A DNA stretch of 64,000 bases. It comes from an uncultured virus (IMG/VR IMGVR_UViG_2061766007_000712). Taxonomy: Duplodnaviria; Heunggongvirae; Uroviricota; Caudoviricetes. Of this stretch, positions 31,494-41,288 are shown in pieces. A program made the position numbers and the translations under genes. The stretch lies in the IMG/VR virus record IMGVR_UViG_2061766007_000712, one strand, 5' to 3'. The notes beneath the pieces are model-generated. The model made no database searches, was not told where the DNA came from, and was given only the letters and a program-made list of their open reading frames with translations. The number at the start of each line of letters is the position of its first letter. The stretch's first letter is position 1.

Positions 31494-32026
31494 AGACTAA
31501 CACCTCCATCTTTCTTCTTATATTGTTTAACCCATTTAAGTAGGTTATTTTCAATCTCTTCTTTTGTTTTTCTATAAATCTCAAAACCTTCAAAACCTCT
31601 AGTAAAGTGAAATTCGCCATCTTTGAAGTAAGTCCATCCCTTTTCGTGTTGATTAACATTATATTGCCAAGCATTTTCTTTAGGGTTTTCCATACCAACT
31701 AGACCAGTACCATATTCAAAAGCAAGTGCAATAGAAAATTTTCCATCATAACCTTCACTTTCAGTATCTACATAGGTGTCATTGTATAATTCAAAACCAC
31801 CTTCAAAAGGTCTAATTTTATTATTTCCAATATAGACTATGCTTAATTCACTTTCAGGTAAATCACGAACTGAGATTTTATTAACTGTTTCCAAAAATTT
31901 ATCTTGCATATACTTCTCAAAACCTTTGTCAGTTCCAAGAGAGTTGTACAGTTTTATGTACTCAATATGATTTTTAAGTTTATTAAGAGTTTTAACTTCT
32001 AATTTAACTTGCAAACCATTAGCCAT
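31490..32026 (-). CDS. HK97 gp10-like neck protein
   Basis: AFEYGTGLVG...W.Y...FTRG motif. Confidence 0.7.
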   Translation of the reverse strand: MANGLQVKLEVKTLNKLKNHIEYIKLYNSLGTDKGFEKYMQDKFLETVNKISVRDLPESELSIVYIGNNKIRPFEGGFELYNDTYVDTESEGYDGKFSIALAFEYGTGLVGMENPKENAWQYNVNQHEKGWTYFKDGEFHFTRGFEGFEIYRKTKEEIENNLLKWVKQYKKKDGGVSL

Positions 32027-32036
32027 TTAAGTATCT

Positions 32037-32177
32037 CTATTTAACAAAAGATGATTTTTTTGCTTCTTTATTTTCTACAAGTACAAATTTGCCAGTTCCT
32101 ACATAGTCACCAGCAAGAGATTTTTTAACCTCTTTAACTGCACCTGTTTTTATATCTTTAATTTTAACTTTATCCAT
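32037..32177 (-). CDS. 46-aa basic hypothetical protein
   Basis: AAGGAGG RBS; MDKVKIKDIKTGAVKEV... Confidence 0.6.
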   Translation of the reverse strand: MDKVKIKDIKTGAVKEVKKSLAGDYVGTGKFVLVENKEAKKSSFVK

Positions 32178-32586
32178 TGTTATCCTCCTTTATAATTTCT
32201 TCAAGAAGTACCATTATTTTTGTATTTTGTGGTTTAAATGCTCTAACTTTGTAATTAGCATTAGCACCATTCTTTTTTTCACCATCTGGTGTAGCACCAT
32301 ATAAATATGCTAAATCAAATATATTAAATTTAAACCTATCTTTATAATCAATTAGACAACTTACAACATTATTTTCTGTTTCGCCATAAGTTTGAATATA
32401 GGCTTCAAGTTGTTTAGCAGTTAATGGTTGATAATTCACTTTACCGAAATAAAACGGTGTATTGTATATTACTATTTCATTATTATAGTCATCATAAGAA
32501 ACTAAATCTTTAGTAGCAATATATATGTCTTTATTCCAATTAGTGAATATACTATTTGATGGTTTGAATTTAATCATTTGCATCAC
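32170..32586 (-). CDS. Head closure/stopper protein
   Basis: Synteny; NYQPL...YGE...ANYKV. Confidence 0.6.
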   Translation of the reverse strand: MMQMIKFKPSNSIFTNWNKDIYIATKDLVSYDDYNNEIVIYNTPFYFGKVNYQPLTAKQLEAYIQTYGETENNVVSCLIDYKDRFKFNIFDLAYLYGATPDGEKKNGANANYKVRAFKPQNTKIMVLLEEIIKEDNNG

Positions 32587-32887
32587 TTTCTTCTTCTATA
32601 TATCCTACTACTTGCTCTATTTCATTTCTTAATTCGTATGAAATATAACCACTATCTCTAGTCCAATTTAGACCATTTTCACTGTAAGACTTAATTCCTA
32701 TATTACCAATTTGATTGTAAATTTCTTCACAGCATCTAAGTTGCCAATTTTTATATTTTAATGGTAATTCTAATTGAGAATAATCTTTATAAGGATACCT
32801 TAAGGAAAGTGCTATATATTTACTATCTTCTAGCAACCTATTTAACACTTTTTCATAAGTTTCATTATCAGTAAAGATATTTTCATC
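32570..32887 (-). CDS. Head-tail connector (5' end in gap)
   Basis: YN.IG..G.KSYSENGL.W motif. Confidence 0.7.
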   Translation of the reverse strand, partial: DENIFTDNETYEKVLNRLLEDSKYIALSLRYPYKDYSQLELPLKYKNWQLRCCEEIYNQIGNIGIKSYSENGLNWTRDSGYISYELRNEIEQVVGYIEEESDAND

Positions 32888-33355
32888 NNNNNNNNNNNNN
32901 NNNNNNNNNNNNNNNNNNNNNNNNNNNNNNNNNNNNNNNNNNNNNNNNNNNNNNNNNNNNNNNNNNNNNNNNNNNNNNNNNNNNNNNNNNNNNNNNNNNN
33001 NNNNNNNNNNNNNNNNNNNNNNNNNNNNNNNNNNNNNNNNNNNNNNNNNNNNNNNNNNNNNNNNNNNNNNNNNNNNNNNNNNNNNNNNNNNNNNNNNNNN
33101 NNNNNNNNNNNNNNNNNNNNNNNNNNNNNNNNNNNNNNNNNNNNNNNNNNNNNNNNNNNNNNNNNNNNNNNNNNNNNNNNNNNNNNNNNNNNNNNNNNNN
33201 NNNNNNNNNNNNNNNNNNNNNNNNNNNNNNNNNNNNNNNNNNNNNNNNNNNNNNNNNNNNNNNNNNNNNNNNNNNNNNNNNNNNNNNNNNNNNNNNNNNN
33301 NNNNNNNNNNNNNNNNNNNNNNNNNNNNNNNNNNNNNNNNNNNNNNNNNNNNNNN

Positions 33356-33905
33356 ATTTTGCTTTTTTATCTCCTAATGCTTTTTGAGATGCTTTATTTA
33401 AACTGTCAGCACCTAATTCAGGATTAGCAGTAGCAGTAATATCGTAAGTATGTTTTGTAACGAATTGACCGTTAACTCCACCTGTCATACCAAATATACC
33501 TTCTAAAATTGCTAATACTGTAGATTGTCTTTCTTCATCCCAATATTCATTAACTTCATTTGCTTCTGCTTTGAAGTTAGTTCCAGTGATGTCACTTGCG
33601 AAGTCATATTCTCCCCAAGCCTTTGCTCTACCGTAGCAAATTTTTCTTTGATAGAATGTATCTCTTTCGCTTCCTTTTGGAATATCAGTATTACCATCAT
33701 AGTTTACTGGAGTTCCACCAATTCTACCTTTGATTGGTTCAACTACTGCATATCCACCTGATTGTTCACTCATTTTTGCTTTATATTTATTAACTACATT
33801 AAATAAAGCATTTTTAATTAATGAGTTTTCTTTTGTACTTGGTAAAGTTTTACGATAAGTTTCAAAAACTTCTTCGTTAAAAATTTTATCTCTAAATTTT
33901 TCCAT
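33356..33905 (-). CDS. Major capsid protein (N-terminal half; the rest is in the N gap)
   Basis: Follows scaffold; FNEEVF, NYDG.TDI, GRAKAW.E.DF, A.Q.A.GD. Confidence 0.85.
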
Positions 33906-33923
33906 TTTTTATCTCTCCTTCTT

Positions 33924-34514
33924 TTATTGTAAATTAGATAACCCATTAGGGTTTTCTGCTATCCATTTGTTTTGTTCTTCTGCTGACATATTAGCAAATT
34001 TTTCAAAAGTCATAGCATTATCATTTTGATTAACATTTGGTAATGTTGGGTCTAAGTTAAGAGTTTGTAACCCTTCTTTAGTTTCTTTTGCAACAAGTTC
34101 TTTTTGAGTATCAAATTTAGCCTTTAATTTATTAGCACTAGATACTGTTTTGTCAGTGTCATCACTAACAACTAATGAAATTAAATCATCATCTAAATCA
34201 AGACCTGCTAAAATTTCTTTTGCTTTAGCAGTATTAACAATAATTCTTGAATTTCTTAAGTTTTGTTCAGTTTCCTTTTTCATTAATTCAATCTTTTCTT
34301 GTTCTGTTAATTTAGCCTTATTAATTTCATCTAATTGCGATTTAATATCTTCGTAGTCGCTGTACTTATTAATTTGATTTCTTAAATCGTTAAGTTGAGT
34401 TTCATAATTTTTTTCTTCTTCTTTTTTTGAATTATGCCACTCGTTTAAGAAATTTGTTACTTGTTCTTCTGTCGCATTTTCTCCCAATATTGCTCTTGCT
34501 TTTTCTCTGTTCAT
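33924..34514 (-). CDS. Capsid scaffolding protein
   Basis: Charged coiled coil between portal and capsid genes; start at MNREKAR after AGGAGG. Confidence 0.8.
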   Translation of the reverse strand: MNREKARAILGENATEEQVTNFLNEWHNSKKEEEKNYETQLNDLRNQINKYSDYEDIKSQLDEINKAKLTEQEKIELMKKETEQNLRNSRIIVNTAKAKEILAGLDLDDDLISLVVSDDTDKTVSSANKLKAKFDTQKELVAKETKEGLQTLNLDPTLPNVNQNDNAMTFEKFANMSAEEQNKWIAENPNGLSNLQ

Positions 34515-34614
34515 ATTTCTCCTCCTTTTACGATAAGTTTTTACGGAACTTACAAACCATTTAGAGATATATATGTATAACATTCGTAAGCAATTCAAAT
34601 GTTATATCTAAAAT

Positions 34615-34689
34615 TGGCTGAGCCGACTTGGAATTGCACCAAGACCAACAATTTTGGAGATTGTTGTGCTACTATTACACTATCGACCA
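34615..34689 (-). tRNA. tRNA-Trp(CCA), atypical
   Basis: Cloverleaf: D stem GTGT/GCAC, anticodon arm ACAAT-CTCCAAA-ATTGT, T arm CTTGG-TGCAATT-CCAAG, G discriminator, encoded CCA; one bulged base in acceptor stem. Confidence 0.8.
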
Positions 34690-34701
34690 ATGTTAAGAGC
34701 A

Positions 34702-36228
34702 TCACTGCTCTTGTTCTTGTAATTGTGTGCTATCTTCGATTTTATTGTTTTGTTCTCCAACAGCATTTTTGTTATTCGACATATTATTAATTGCATTAAC
34801 TAATAATTGTCTTTGTTCTATATATGCTTCTTGTAATTTAGTAACTGCTACTGGGTCGCTAAATAAACCTACTGTAGCATTTGCTACTTCTGGAGGCATA
34901 TTAACTGATTGTAAATTCATAAGTGCTTGTGTCTTAACAAGTAAATTATCACTTAAATCTCTACTAAATTTAATGTCTATATCACTTACATTTAAGCCTT
35001 TAATATTACTATTTTTAGCATTTTTACAAATCTTTAGAATTACCTTCAAAGCATTTCTATCGCATTTCTTAAATGCTTTTTCTTCGTTTTCAACTCTAAC
35101 TGTTGCACTTGTAAAACCTTGACCAGTAAGTACGGCTTTACCAGTTTCAGCATTACTTATTGTTCCATTTTGAGTTGCTTCTGGCACACTTAATATGCTA
35201 TGTAATGCACTTAATTTTCTTAGATAATAAATTTGGGTATCCAAAGATTTAAGTCTTGATTGTAGAAGTTCTACACTCGCTTTCTTTTGGTCTGTAGATT
35301 TAATTGATACAGCACCAAACTTTTTGATTGCTTGCATACCTTTTTCATCGACTTCGGCATTAGTAAATACCATAATGCTGTTTACAAATGCTTCAATATC
35401 ATCTTTGTCTAGGTTTTCTACATAGTTTAAATCATCAAATATATCTTTGCATATTTCAAGAAAACTAATTCTGTGTTTATTAAAATAATATTCTACAATT
35501 AAATGAATGTTTTGAATTATAGGTTGTCTTTTAATAATTTGAAGTTTACCTGTTTTGTCATCTAATAAATACTGCATATTCCTTGTGTAAACTGTGTATT
35601 CATTGTAGTTTTTTGGAGTGTACATTGGTTTACCACTTAATGGGTCAACTTCTTGCACAATATATTGTTTATCAGTAACTACAAACGATAATAGTTGTTC
35701 GTGTCTAATCGAACTTGAATATACTACTTCTGTATTGAACTTATCTAAATTTACTAATTCAAATGGTGCTTCATCATCATCATTTACTTTAGTATAGTTT
35801 ATGTATCTAAATGCTCTTCCTGTTGCAAATATTTCTTCATATAAATCTTGGTCTTTTTGGTCTTTATCTTCATATACAACATATTTGTTTATTAAAGATA
35901 TTTCTTCGCTTGCCACATCATCAAGTGGGGCATATTGAATTGGCTTACCAAGTAAAAATGCTTTTTTCCATTCCATAAAAGCCCAAGCCCAGTTTTCTAC
36001 ACCTTTATTGTTAATTTCTGTTCTTGTTAATTTTACTTTATTTTTAATATCTTGGTCGCCATATAAATAAGCATCTAAATAAATACTTTCAGTTTTGTTT
36101 TTATTATGTGTTTCAATACTATTTTTTACTATATCCAATACTTTTGCATCTTTTTCTGCTTGTGTACCTGTAAGAAGTTGCTCTTCTGTATAGTTTGCTA
36201 AAAGTGTGGTACGACCAAATGTTTTCAT
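34702..36228 (-). CDS. Portal protein (SPP1-like), phage A
   Basis: YL.G.QDI, FLLGKPIQY, G.A, DI.IKF.R; position after terminase. Confidence 0.88.
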   Translation of the reverse strand: MKTFGRTTLLANYTEEQLLTGTQAEKDAKVLDIVKNSIETHNKNKTESIYLDAYLYGDQDIKNKVKLTRTEINNKGVENWAWAFMEWKKAFLLGKPIQYAPLDDVASEEISLINKYVVYEDKDQKDQDLYEEIFATGRAFRYINYTKVNDDDEAPFELVNLDKFNTEVVYSSSIRHEQLLSFVVTDKQYIVQEVDPLSGKPMYTPKNYNEYTVYTRNMQYLLDDKTGKLQIIKRQPIIQNIHLIVEYYFNKHRISFLEICKDIFDDLNYVENLDKDDIEAFVNSIMVFTNAEVDEKGMQAIKKFGAVSIKSTDQKKASVELLQSRLKSLDTQIYYLRKLSALHSILSVPEATQNGTISNAETGKAVLTGQGFTSATVRVENEEKAFKKCDRNALKVILKICKNAKNSNIKGLNVSDIDIKFSRDLSDNLLVKTQALMNLQSVNMPPEVANATVGLFSDPVAVTKLQEAYIEQRQLLVNAINNMSNNKNAVGEQNNKIEDSTQLQEQEQ

Positions 36229-36332
36229 ATTTCAACTCCTCCATACTGTTATAGTATTTCTATCTAGTTAATAAATGTATAACATTTTCTTGTTTTTGTC
36301 AAATTTACACAAAATATTTGTGTATTTACTAC

Positions 36333-36362
36333 AAAAAAGCGATATATCTACATATATCGCCT
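36333..36362 (-). terminator. Terminator after HNH gene
   Basis: AGGCGATATAT-GTAG-ATATATCGCTT-TTTT. Confidence 0.75.
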
Positions 36363-36374
36363 TACAAAATCTAA

Positions 36375-36968
36375 TTATTGATAATATTTCCATATAAAAC
36401 CACCTGCTTTACTCCTTTTGCCGTTACAGCAATCGCTAATGTGATTTATTCCTAATTCTTTTTTAACCAATGCTATACTATCCCAAGTTTTAATAAAGTT
36501 GCCTTCTAAATCATATTGATTTACTTTTTTATAGCAATATGAACGGTCAAAGTTTTCTTCTCTTCGAGGTTTCCAACTGCCGTATTTCATATTATAAGAA
36601 TGTGTACACCACTCAAGATTAGATACAGCATTATTAGTCTTATCCTCGTTTTTGTGATTTATTTCCAATTTGTTTTTGTCAAATACTTCGTTCAAATCAT
36701 CAACTGTATATTTGAAATCGTGCCAATCTAAAAATGTTTCGGCTACAAGTCTATGTACTCTATATTTCTTTGAAATACCATTTTTAGAAAGTATTATATT
36801 TTTATATCCATTTGCAGATTGTGTTTGTTTCAATATAAACCCATTTTTAATAAAATTGCCCATTTTCTCCCTTACAACAACTCTATTTAACCCTCTAATT
36901 CTGCCATAATTAGATACTTGATACAAGCCTTCGTATCCTTTTATATCTTTCCAAATTTCCTTATTCAT
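36375..36968 (-). CDS. NUMOD4-HNH homing endonuclease between terminase and portal
   Basis: EIWKDIKGYEGLYQVSNYG; VHRLVA..F; INHKNEDKTNN..SNLEWC; AGGFIWKY. Confidence 0.92.
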   Translation of the reverse strand: MNKEIWKDIKGYEGLYQVSNYGRIRGLNRVVVREKMGNFIKNGFILKQTQSANGYKNIILSKNGISKKYRVHRLVAETFLDWHDFKYTVDDLNEVFDKNKLEINHKNEDKTNNAVSNLEWCTHSYNMKYGSWKPRREENFDRSYCYKKVNQYDLEGNFIKTWDSIALVKKELGINHISDCCNGKRSKAGGFIWKYYQ

Positions 36969-37053
36969 TATATCATCTCCCTTATAAATGATTGAGAGAT
37001 AGATAAGGGCTATCTCTCTATTTGATTATAACATATTTTATAAATATTGTCTA
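36969..37053 (-). promoter_or_regulatory. Promoter and RBS-sequestering hairpin/pseudoknot leader
   Basis: TAGACA-17-TATAAT; GAGAGATAG-CCCTTAT-CTATCTCTC with loop complementary to ATAAGGG at the RBS. Confidence 0.65.
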
Positions 37054-38810
37054 ATATCAGGCAATGCCATAGCAATTTGTGGCTGACTATTTTCTTCAAT
37101 TATTTCACTTGCAAATAAAGCACAAGCATCTGGGGCATCATCGTTTGCATTTGTTCCTGTCGCATTGTATGTTGTTAAATTGCCCATAAATTTACCCATA
37201 TCAGTATTTTCCCCATACATTCCTCTTTCTGGAAACACAAGTTGTTTCTTAATTATATGTTTTTCGTTCTCAATTCTTGTTGGCTTTGGAATTGTATTAT
37301 ATTTTTCATCAATTTGTGGTGGAGTAATACCTTTTTCTTTTAAAATTTTTTCTATATTTTGTTTTAACTCGGTTGTAACATTACTTTCTATTACTAACCA
37401 TATTATATTATGTTCTATTATTTTATCTACTATTTCGTTATACATATCTTTAGTTGCAGTTCGTGTAAATAAAGTATCTCTTAAATAGTAATCGTTAAGT
37501 GTATCTGTTGCTACTTTTTTAAATATAGGCATAGCAAAGAAGTCCTTGCCACTTTTTCTAGTAGCATCTATTACACTATATGCACCTTTATAATCGGTTT
37601 CTGGTATTGTATGATATTGTCTTAATTTGTCATAACTAAAGCCTAAACTTTCAGGGTTAGTTGGTCTTTGTTGGAAGTTTGTTTCCCATAAATACTCATC
37701 CATATTATTTTTTTCTTTTAATAATTCTTGTGTAGATTTAAGTTCAGGACAAGTGCTTTCCCCTGTTTCGTAATCAAGAGCAGGTACTTGAATAATAGCA
37801 CAACTACCATCCTCACTAATTAGTGTATATGGATATTTAGGATGTGGCTTAAATGTATGTTCTCTTTTTAACTGTTGTATTTTTAAATCGATGTAATCTC
37901 CACTAGCCCATAAAGTACCAGTTATACATACTTTCGGTTTTTTATTTTGAACATATCTTTTTTCCCATACAGTAATTGATTTGTTGTAATAATACTTGTT
38001 CAATTCTTGGTTCATAGCCTCTTTATAATCAGGATAAAGGTCGTCTATGTGAATTGACTTACTAGCACGAGAACCTACTACATTGGCTTGTGTTGTCTTA
38101 GCATAATAACTAAAAGGTAATTTACAATTTTTAAGTTTCCATTTTTCATCAGTTTCTTTCAAAAAGAAATCTTTATCGGTTTCACTCCATTTTAAATTAG
38201 GAAAGACTTCACCAAATGCTTCACTTTTCATTTCATCTATTGCTGTTCTACTTCCACTTTTAACGACATCATCATTAGAACATAAAGATAAAAATGCACC
38301 TGTGTCATCAATACCAAAGCCCCAAGCCTCACTTACCTTTTTTGGAAATGTTTTACCATATCCTGATGGGGCATTAAATATTAAAGTCAAGAAGTCTGGG
38401 TTACATTCAAGTTCTTGTAAATAATGAATATACCCTACAAGTATGTTATATCTTGGTTCAAAGAATTTTTCTTTTTCAGGTTCATCCCATTCACGATAAA
38501 CCATATAATGTTCTAAACTTACTCTCGCACTTAATTTATAAGCATTTTTTAAATGCTTTTCGTACTCTATTAAATGGCTTGGGTTTGTGTCTATTTTGAT
38601 AAGTAAATCTAGTAAAGGAATATACCTTTTTATAGCAAGTTCGCCACAAGCCTTTGTGTTTTTCTCAAAATTAGTAAAAAGAGCATACAAGTCCTTCATC
38701 ATTTCAAATATATCATCATATTTTATCTTATTTCCGTAACTATATTTAAAGTTTTGCTCTAATAAAGATAATATTTCGTTAATAGTTTGATATACTTTTT
38801 TACTATCCAT
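37038..38810 (-). CDS. terL: Terminase large subunit, phage A
   Basis: Walker A PSGYGKT, Walker B IHIDD, GTLW, FQQRP, nuclease D...GKDF, ESN, DDAPD. Confidence 0.92.
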   Translation of the reverse strand: MDSKKVYQTINEILSLLEQNFKYSYGNKIKYDDIFEMMKDLYALFTNFEKNTKACGELAIKRYIPLLDLLIKIDTNPSHLIEYEKHLKNAYKLSARVSLEHYMVYREWDEPEKEKFFEPRYNILVGYIHYLQELECNPDFLTLIFNAPSGYGKTFPKKVSEAWGFGIDDTGAFLSLCSNDDVVKSGSRTAIDEMKSEAFGEVFPNLKWSETDKDFFLKETDEKWKLKNCKLPFSYYAKTTQANVVGSRASKSIHIDDLYPDYKEAMNQELNKYYYNKSITVWEKRYVQNKKPKVCITGTLWASGDYIDLKIQQLKREHTFKPHPKYPYTLISEDGSCAIIQVPALDYETGESTCPELKSTQELLKEKNNMDEYLWETNFQQRPTNPESLGFSYDKLRQYHTIPETDYKGAYSVIDATRKSGKDFFAMPIFKKVATDTLNDYYLRDTLFTRTATKDMYNEIVDKIIEHNIIWLVIESNVTTELKQNIEKILKEKGITPPQIDEKYNTIPKPTRIENEKHIIKKQLVFPERGMYGENTDMGKFMGNLTTYNATGTNANDDAPDACALFASEIIEENSQPQIAMALPDIRQYL

Positions 38811-38812
38811 AA

Positions 38813-39529
38813 TTATTTCTTCCTTTTATTTGAATATTGAGAATACTTTGCTAGTCTTTCTTGTATTCTGTCGAAATCAACATCAACTATATTTGCATTT
38901 ATATTTACATTAGGCTGAGCCTTTTCTACCATTTCATTTTGAGATTTAAGTTTAAATAATGTTGACCTTTCCTTCAAAATTCCTAATTGTGACATAGAAA
39001 GGTTTTCATCTCCTATTTGGTCATATATTTTTTCTACAATAACTCTCATATTGTAATCTTCGCTTTGTTTTAACCTTCTTAAAGAATACAATGTTAGACC
39101 TGCAAATCTACAAAATAAAGTTAACGAACTAGGGAAATGTCCTATTTTATCATTAACTTCTGCTAATATTTGGCAATAATAGTCAAATACCATAGAAAGT
39201 TTTTCAGCATTATATACTGGTTCTTGGCAACCTATTGGAGTAATTGGTTTAAAAAAGTTATTAGTAATTACTATTGGGTTTAAATCAACTTTCCATTCTA
39301 TTGGGTCGCCATCTCTAGTCCATTTGCACTCTATTTTATGATTGTCGGCATACTCAATCATTTCATTTACCAAATTTTCTTTATTTTGTTCTATATCTTG
39401 AAGCATTGTATCTACTTTGCCCTCAACATAAAATTGCTCTAATTTTCTAATACTATTTTGTTCTTTTTTTTCTATTTCAAAGTCATTTTCGACTATTTCA
39501 ATATCTTGTTTTTTTCTAGGTCTTGCCAT
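38813..39529 (-). CDS. Putative terminase small subunit, phage A
   Basis: Immediately upstream of terL; MARPRK start; FC.FAG and LF.LK motifs. Confidence 0.6.
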   Translation of the reverse strand: MARPRKKQDIEIVENDFEIEKKEQNSIRKLEQFYVEGKVDTMLQDIEQNKENLVNEMIEYADNHKIECKWTRDGDPIEWKVDLNPIVITNNFFKPITPIGCQEPVYNAEKLSMVFDYYCQILAEVNDKIGHFPSSLTLFCRFAGLTLYSLRRLKQSEDYNMRVIVEKIYDQIGDENLSMSQLGILKERSTLFKLKSQNEMVEKAQPNVNINANIVDVDFDRIQERLAKYSQYSNKRKK

Positions 39530-39613
39530 TCTTTATGCCTCCTACACTATAAAAATGTTATCACAATTTGCTATTTTAGTCAATTTATGATAATATTAAG
39601 ATGGTAGATAGTT

Positions 39614-39814
39614 ATGAGAAACGATGAATTAATAGAAAAACTTTCAAATTTAAAGATGGAAGAAAAATGTTTGAAAAGAAATCTTGATAGGTATTATTGC
39701 GATGCCGATGTAAGAGCAACCATTTTTAAAAGATTGAGAGAAAACAAGCAAGAAATTGAACAAATAAAATTTAAAATTAGGTTAGAAAGGGAAATGAGAA
39801 ATAATGAAAAATAA
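39614..39814 (+). CDS. Hypothetical coiled-coil protein
   Basis: ORF behind a divergent promoter pair at ~39556-39597. Confidence 0.6.
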   Translation: MRNDELIEKLSNLKMEEKCLKRNLDRYYCDADVRATIFKRLRENKQEIEQIKFKIRLEREMRNNEK

Positions 39815-40268
39815 ATATATACTTGCCATTGATGCTGGTAACGAAGAAAGTGGATATTGCTTAATGGATGAAATAACATACAAACCTATAGAGTTTGGTA
39901 AAATTAGCAACGAACAAATGCTTATGAAAGTGATAGAACTTAATTATGATAAGTTAATTCTTGAAATGGTCGCATCGTATGGGATGCCTGTTGGTGCATC
40001 AATATTTGAAACTTGTGTATGGATAGGAAGATTTATACAAGCAAGAAAATGCCCTGATTATGAATATATTTATCGTAAAGAAGAAAAAATCAACTTATGC
40101 CATTCTATGAAAGCAAAAGATAGTAACATTAGGCAAGCATTAATAGACAGATTTGGCGATGTTGGAACTAAGAAAAATCAGGGCTTCTTTTATGGTTTTA
40201 AAAAGGATATTTGGTCAGCATTTGCTGTTGGATGTACATATTTAGATAAACAAAAAGAGAGAATTTAA
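39804..40268 (+). CDS. RuvC-like Holliday junction resolvase
   Basis: ILAIDAG...SGY, ILE, K...K, D.W.A.AV. Confidence 0.7.
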   Translation: MKNKYILAIDAGNEESGYCLMDEITYKPIEFGKISNEQMLMKVIELNYDKLILEMVASYGMPVGASIFETCVWIGRFIQARKCPDYEYIYRKEEKINLCHSMKAKDSNIRQALIDRFGDVGTKKNQGFFYGFKKDIWSAFAVGCTYLDKQKERI

Positions 40269-40284
40269 TCTCTCTTTTTTATTT
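40252..40284. terminator. Bidirectional terminator between convergent genes
   Basis: AAAAAGAGAGA-ATTTAA-TCTCTCTTTTT. Confidence 0.8.
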
Positions 40285-40635
40285 TACAACCCAACAATAC
40301 TCGGCTTTTCTATTTCTGCAATCAAAACTATCATAAACTACACCGAATTTTGAACAAACAATATGATTACCCATAGTTATCAATAATACATTATCAGCAT
40401 ACTTACCTGCTGTTTCTCCAACTGTTAGTGGTAAATCATATATCCTATTATATCTATCATCTAAATATTCTATAATAAAACTCTTGTCATCCATCATTTT
40501 TCCCCTTATTCTTGCAGAATTACTTAAATGTTCATAAGTATCATCCCAAGTATTGTTTGTCGCCGTAGAAATCGCTCTAATAGTACAATCGTTTGTAAAT
40601 AGACCTAAACTATTATTGTTATGAAATCTATACAT
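40279..40635 (-). CDS. Conserved phage hypothetical protein (possible cysteine-peptidase-like)
   Basis: DC.IRAIS...H.V...G..YDS.D pattern. Confidence 0.5.
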   Translation of the reverse strand: MYRFHNNNSLGLFTNDCTIRAISTATNNTWDDTYEHLSNSARIRGKMMDDKSFIIEYLDDRYNRIYDLPLTVGETAGKYADNVLLITMGNHIVCSKFGVVYDSFDCRNRKAEYCWVVK

Positions 40636-40636
40636 A

Positions 40637-41113
40637 TTACATTTGTGCTATTCTTTGAGCAGTTTCTCTAATCATTTGAACTTCTTCTTGAGATTGTGCA
40701 TCTTCTTTTAACATTCTTGCAAAATCTTCCATACTTCTAAGCATATATTCTAAACTTCTTTTTGTATCTTCACTATTACCGTATCTTTCTCTACCTTCCA
40801 TATATCTTCCATAGTTTTCACCCATTCTATCTATATGGTCATATCCACGATATTTAGCATCGTATCCTCTTCTTCCATAATTTTCACCATAGTTTCCGTA
40901 TCCATTATAATTTCCGTAATTTCTACCATAACTATCGTATCCAACATTTCTACCGTAATTTCCGTAGTTCATATTTTTATCCTCCTTTGCTATGTGATTT
41001 ATCTTAGTTAATTTATATAAATAATCTAAATTATTAGGGTTTATATCATCTTCTAATATCTCTTTGATTTTTTCGTTTGTTTTACTTATTATCTTTTCTT
41101 CCACTTTCCTCAC
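40637..41113 (-). CDS. Protein with N/Y/G/R-rich low-complexity repeats
   Basis: NYG repeats; internal AAGGAGG RBS before ATG at 40972. Confidence 0.7.
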   Translation of the reverse strand: MRKVEEKIISKTNEKIKEILEDDINPNNLDYLYKLTKINHIAKEDKNMNYGNYGRNVGYDSYGRNYGNYNGYGNYGENYGRRGYDAKYRGYDHIDRMGENYGRYMEGRERYGNSEDTKRSLEYMLRSMEDFARMLKEDAQSQEEVQMIRETAQRIAQM

Positions 41114-41288
41114 TCCTTTCTTTTAAAAGTTTTATAATTTCTTCGTTTTGAGCAATTATTTTTTTTAGATAATTTTCATCTTGACATTTTAGTTCATTCA
41201 TCAAATCGAAGTTGTTATAATCTTTAAATAATATCTGCAAACTTAGTGCTTGTAATAATAATGATAAATTATTAATGCTATTATTCAT
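41082..41288 (-). CDS. Hypothetical protein
   Basis: Overlapping, coupled ORF. Confidence 0.6.
   Translation of the reverse strand: MNNSINNLSLLLQALSLQILFKDYNNFDLMNELKCQDENYLKKIIAQNEEIIKLLKERSEESGRKDNK

Noticed and set aside
34515..34598. N-terminal extension of the scaffold protein in the ORF track
   Set aside because: The AGGAGG RBS supports a start at 34514; the extension is the structured leader
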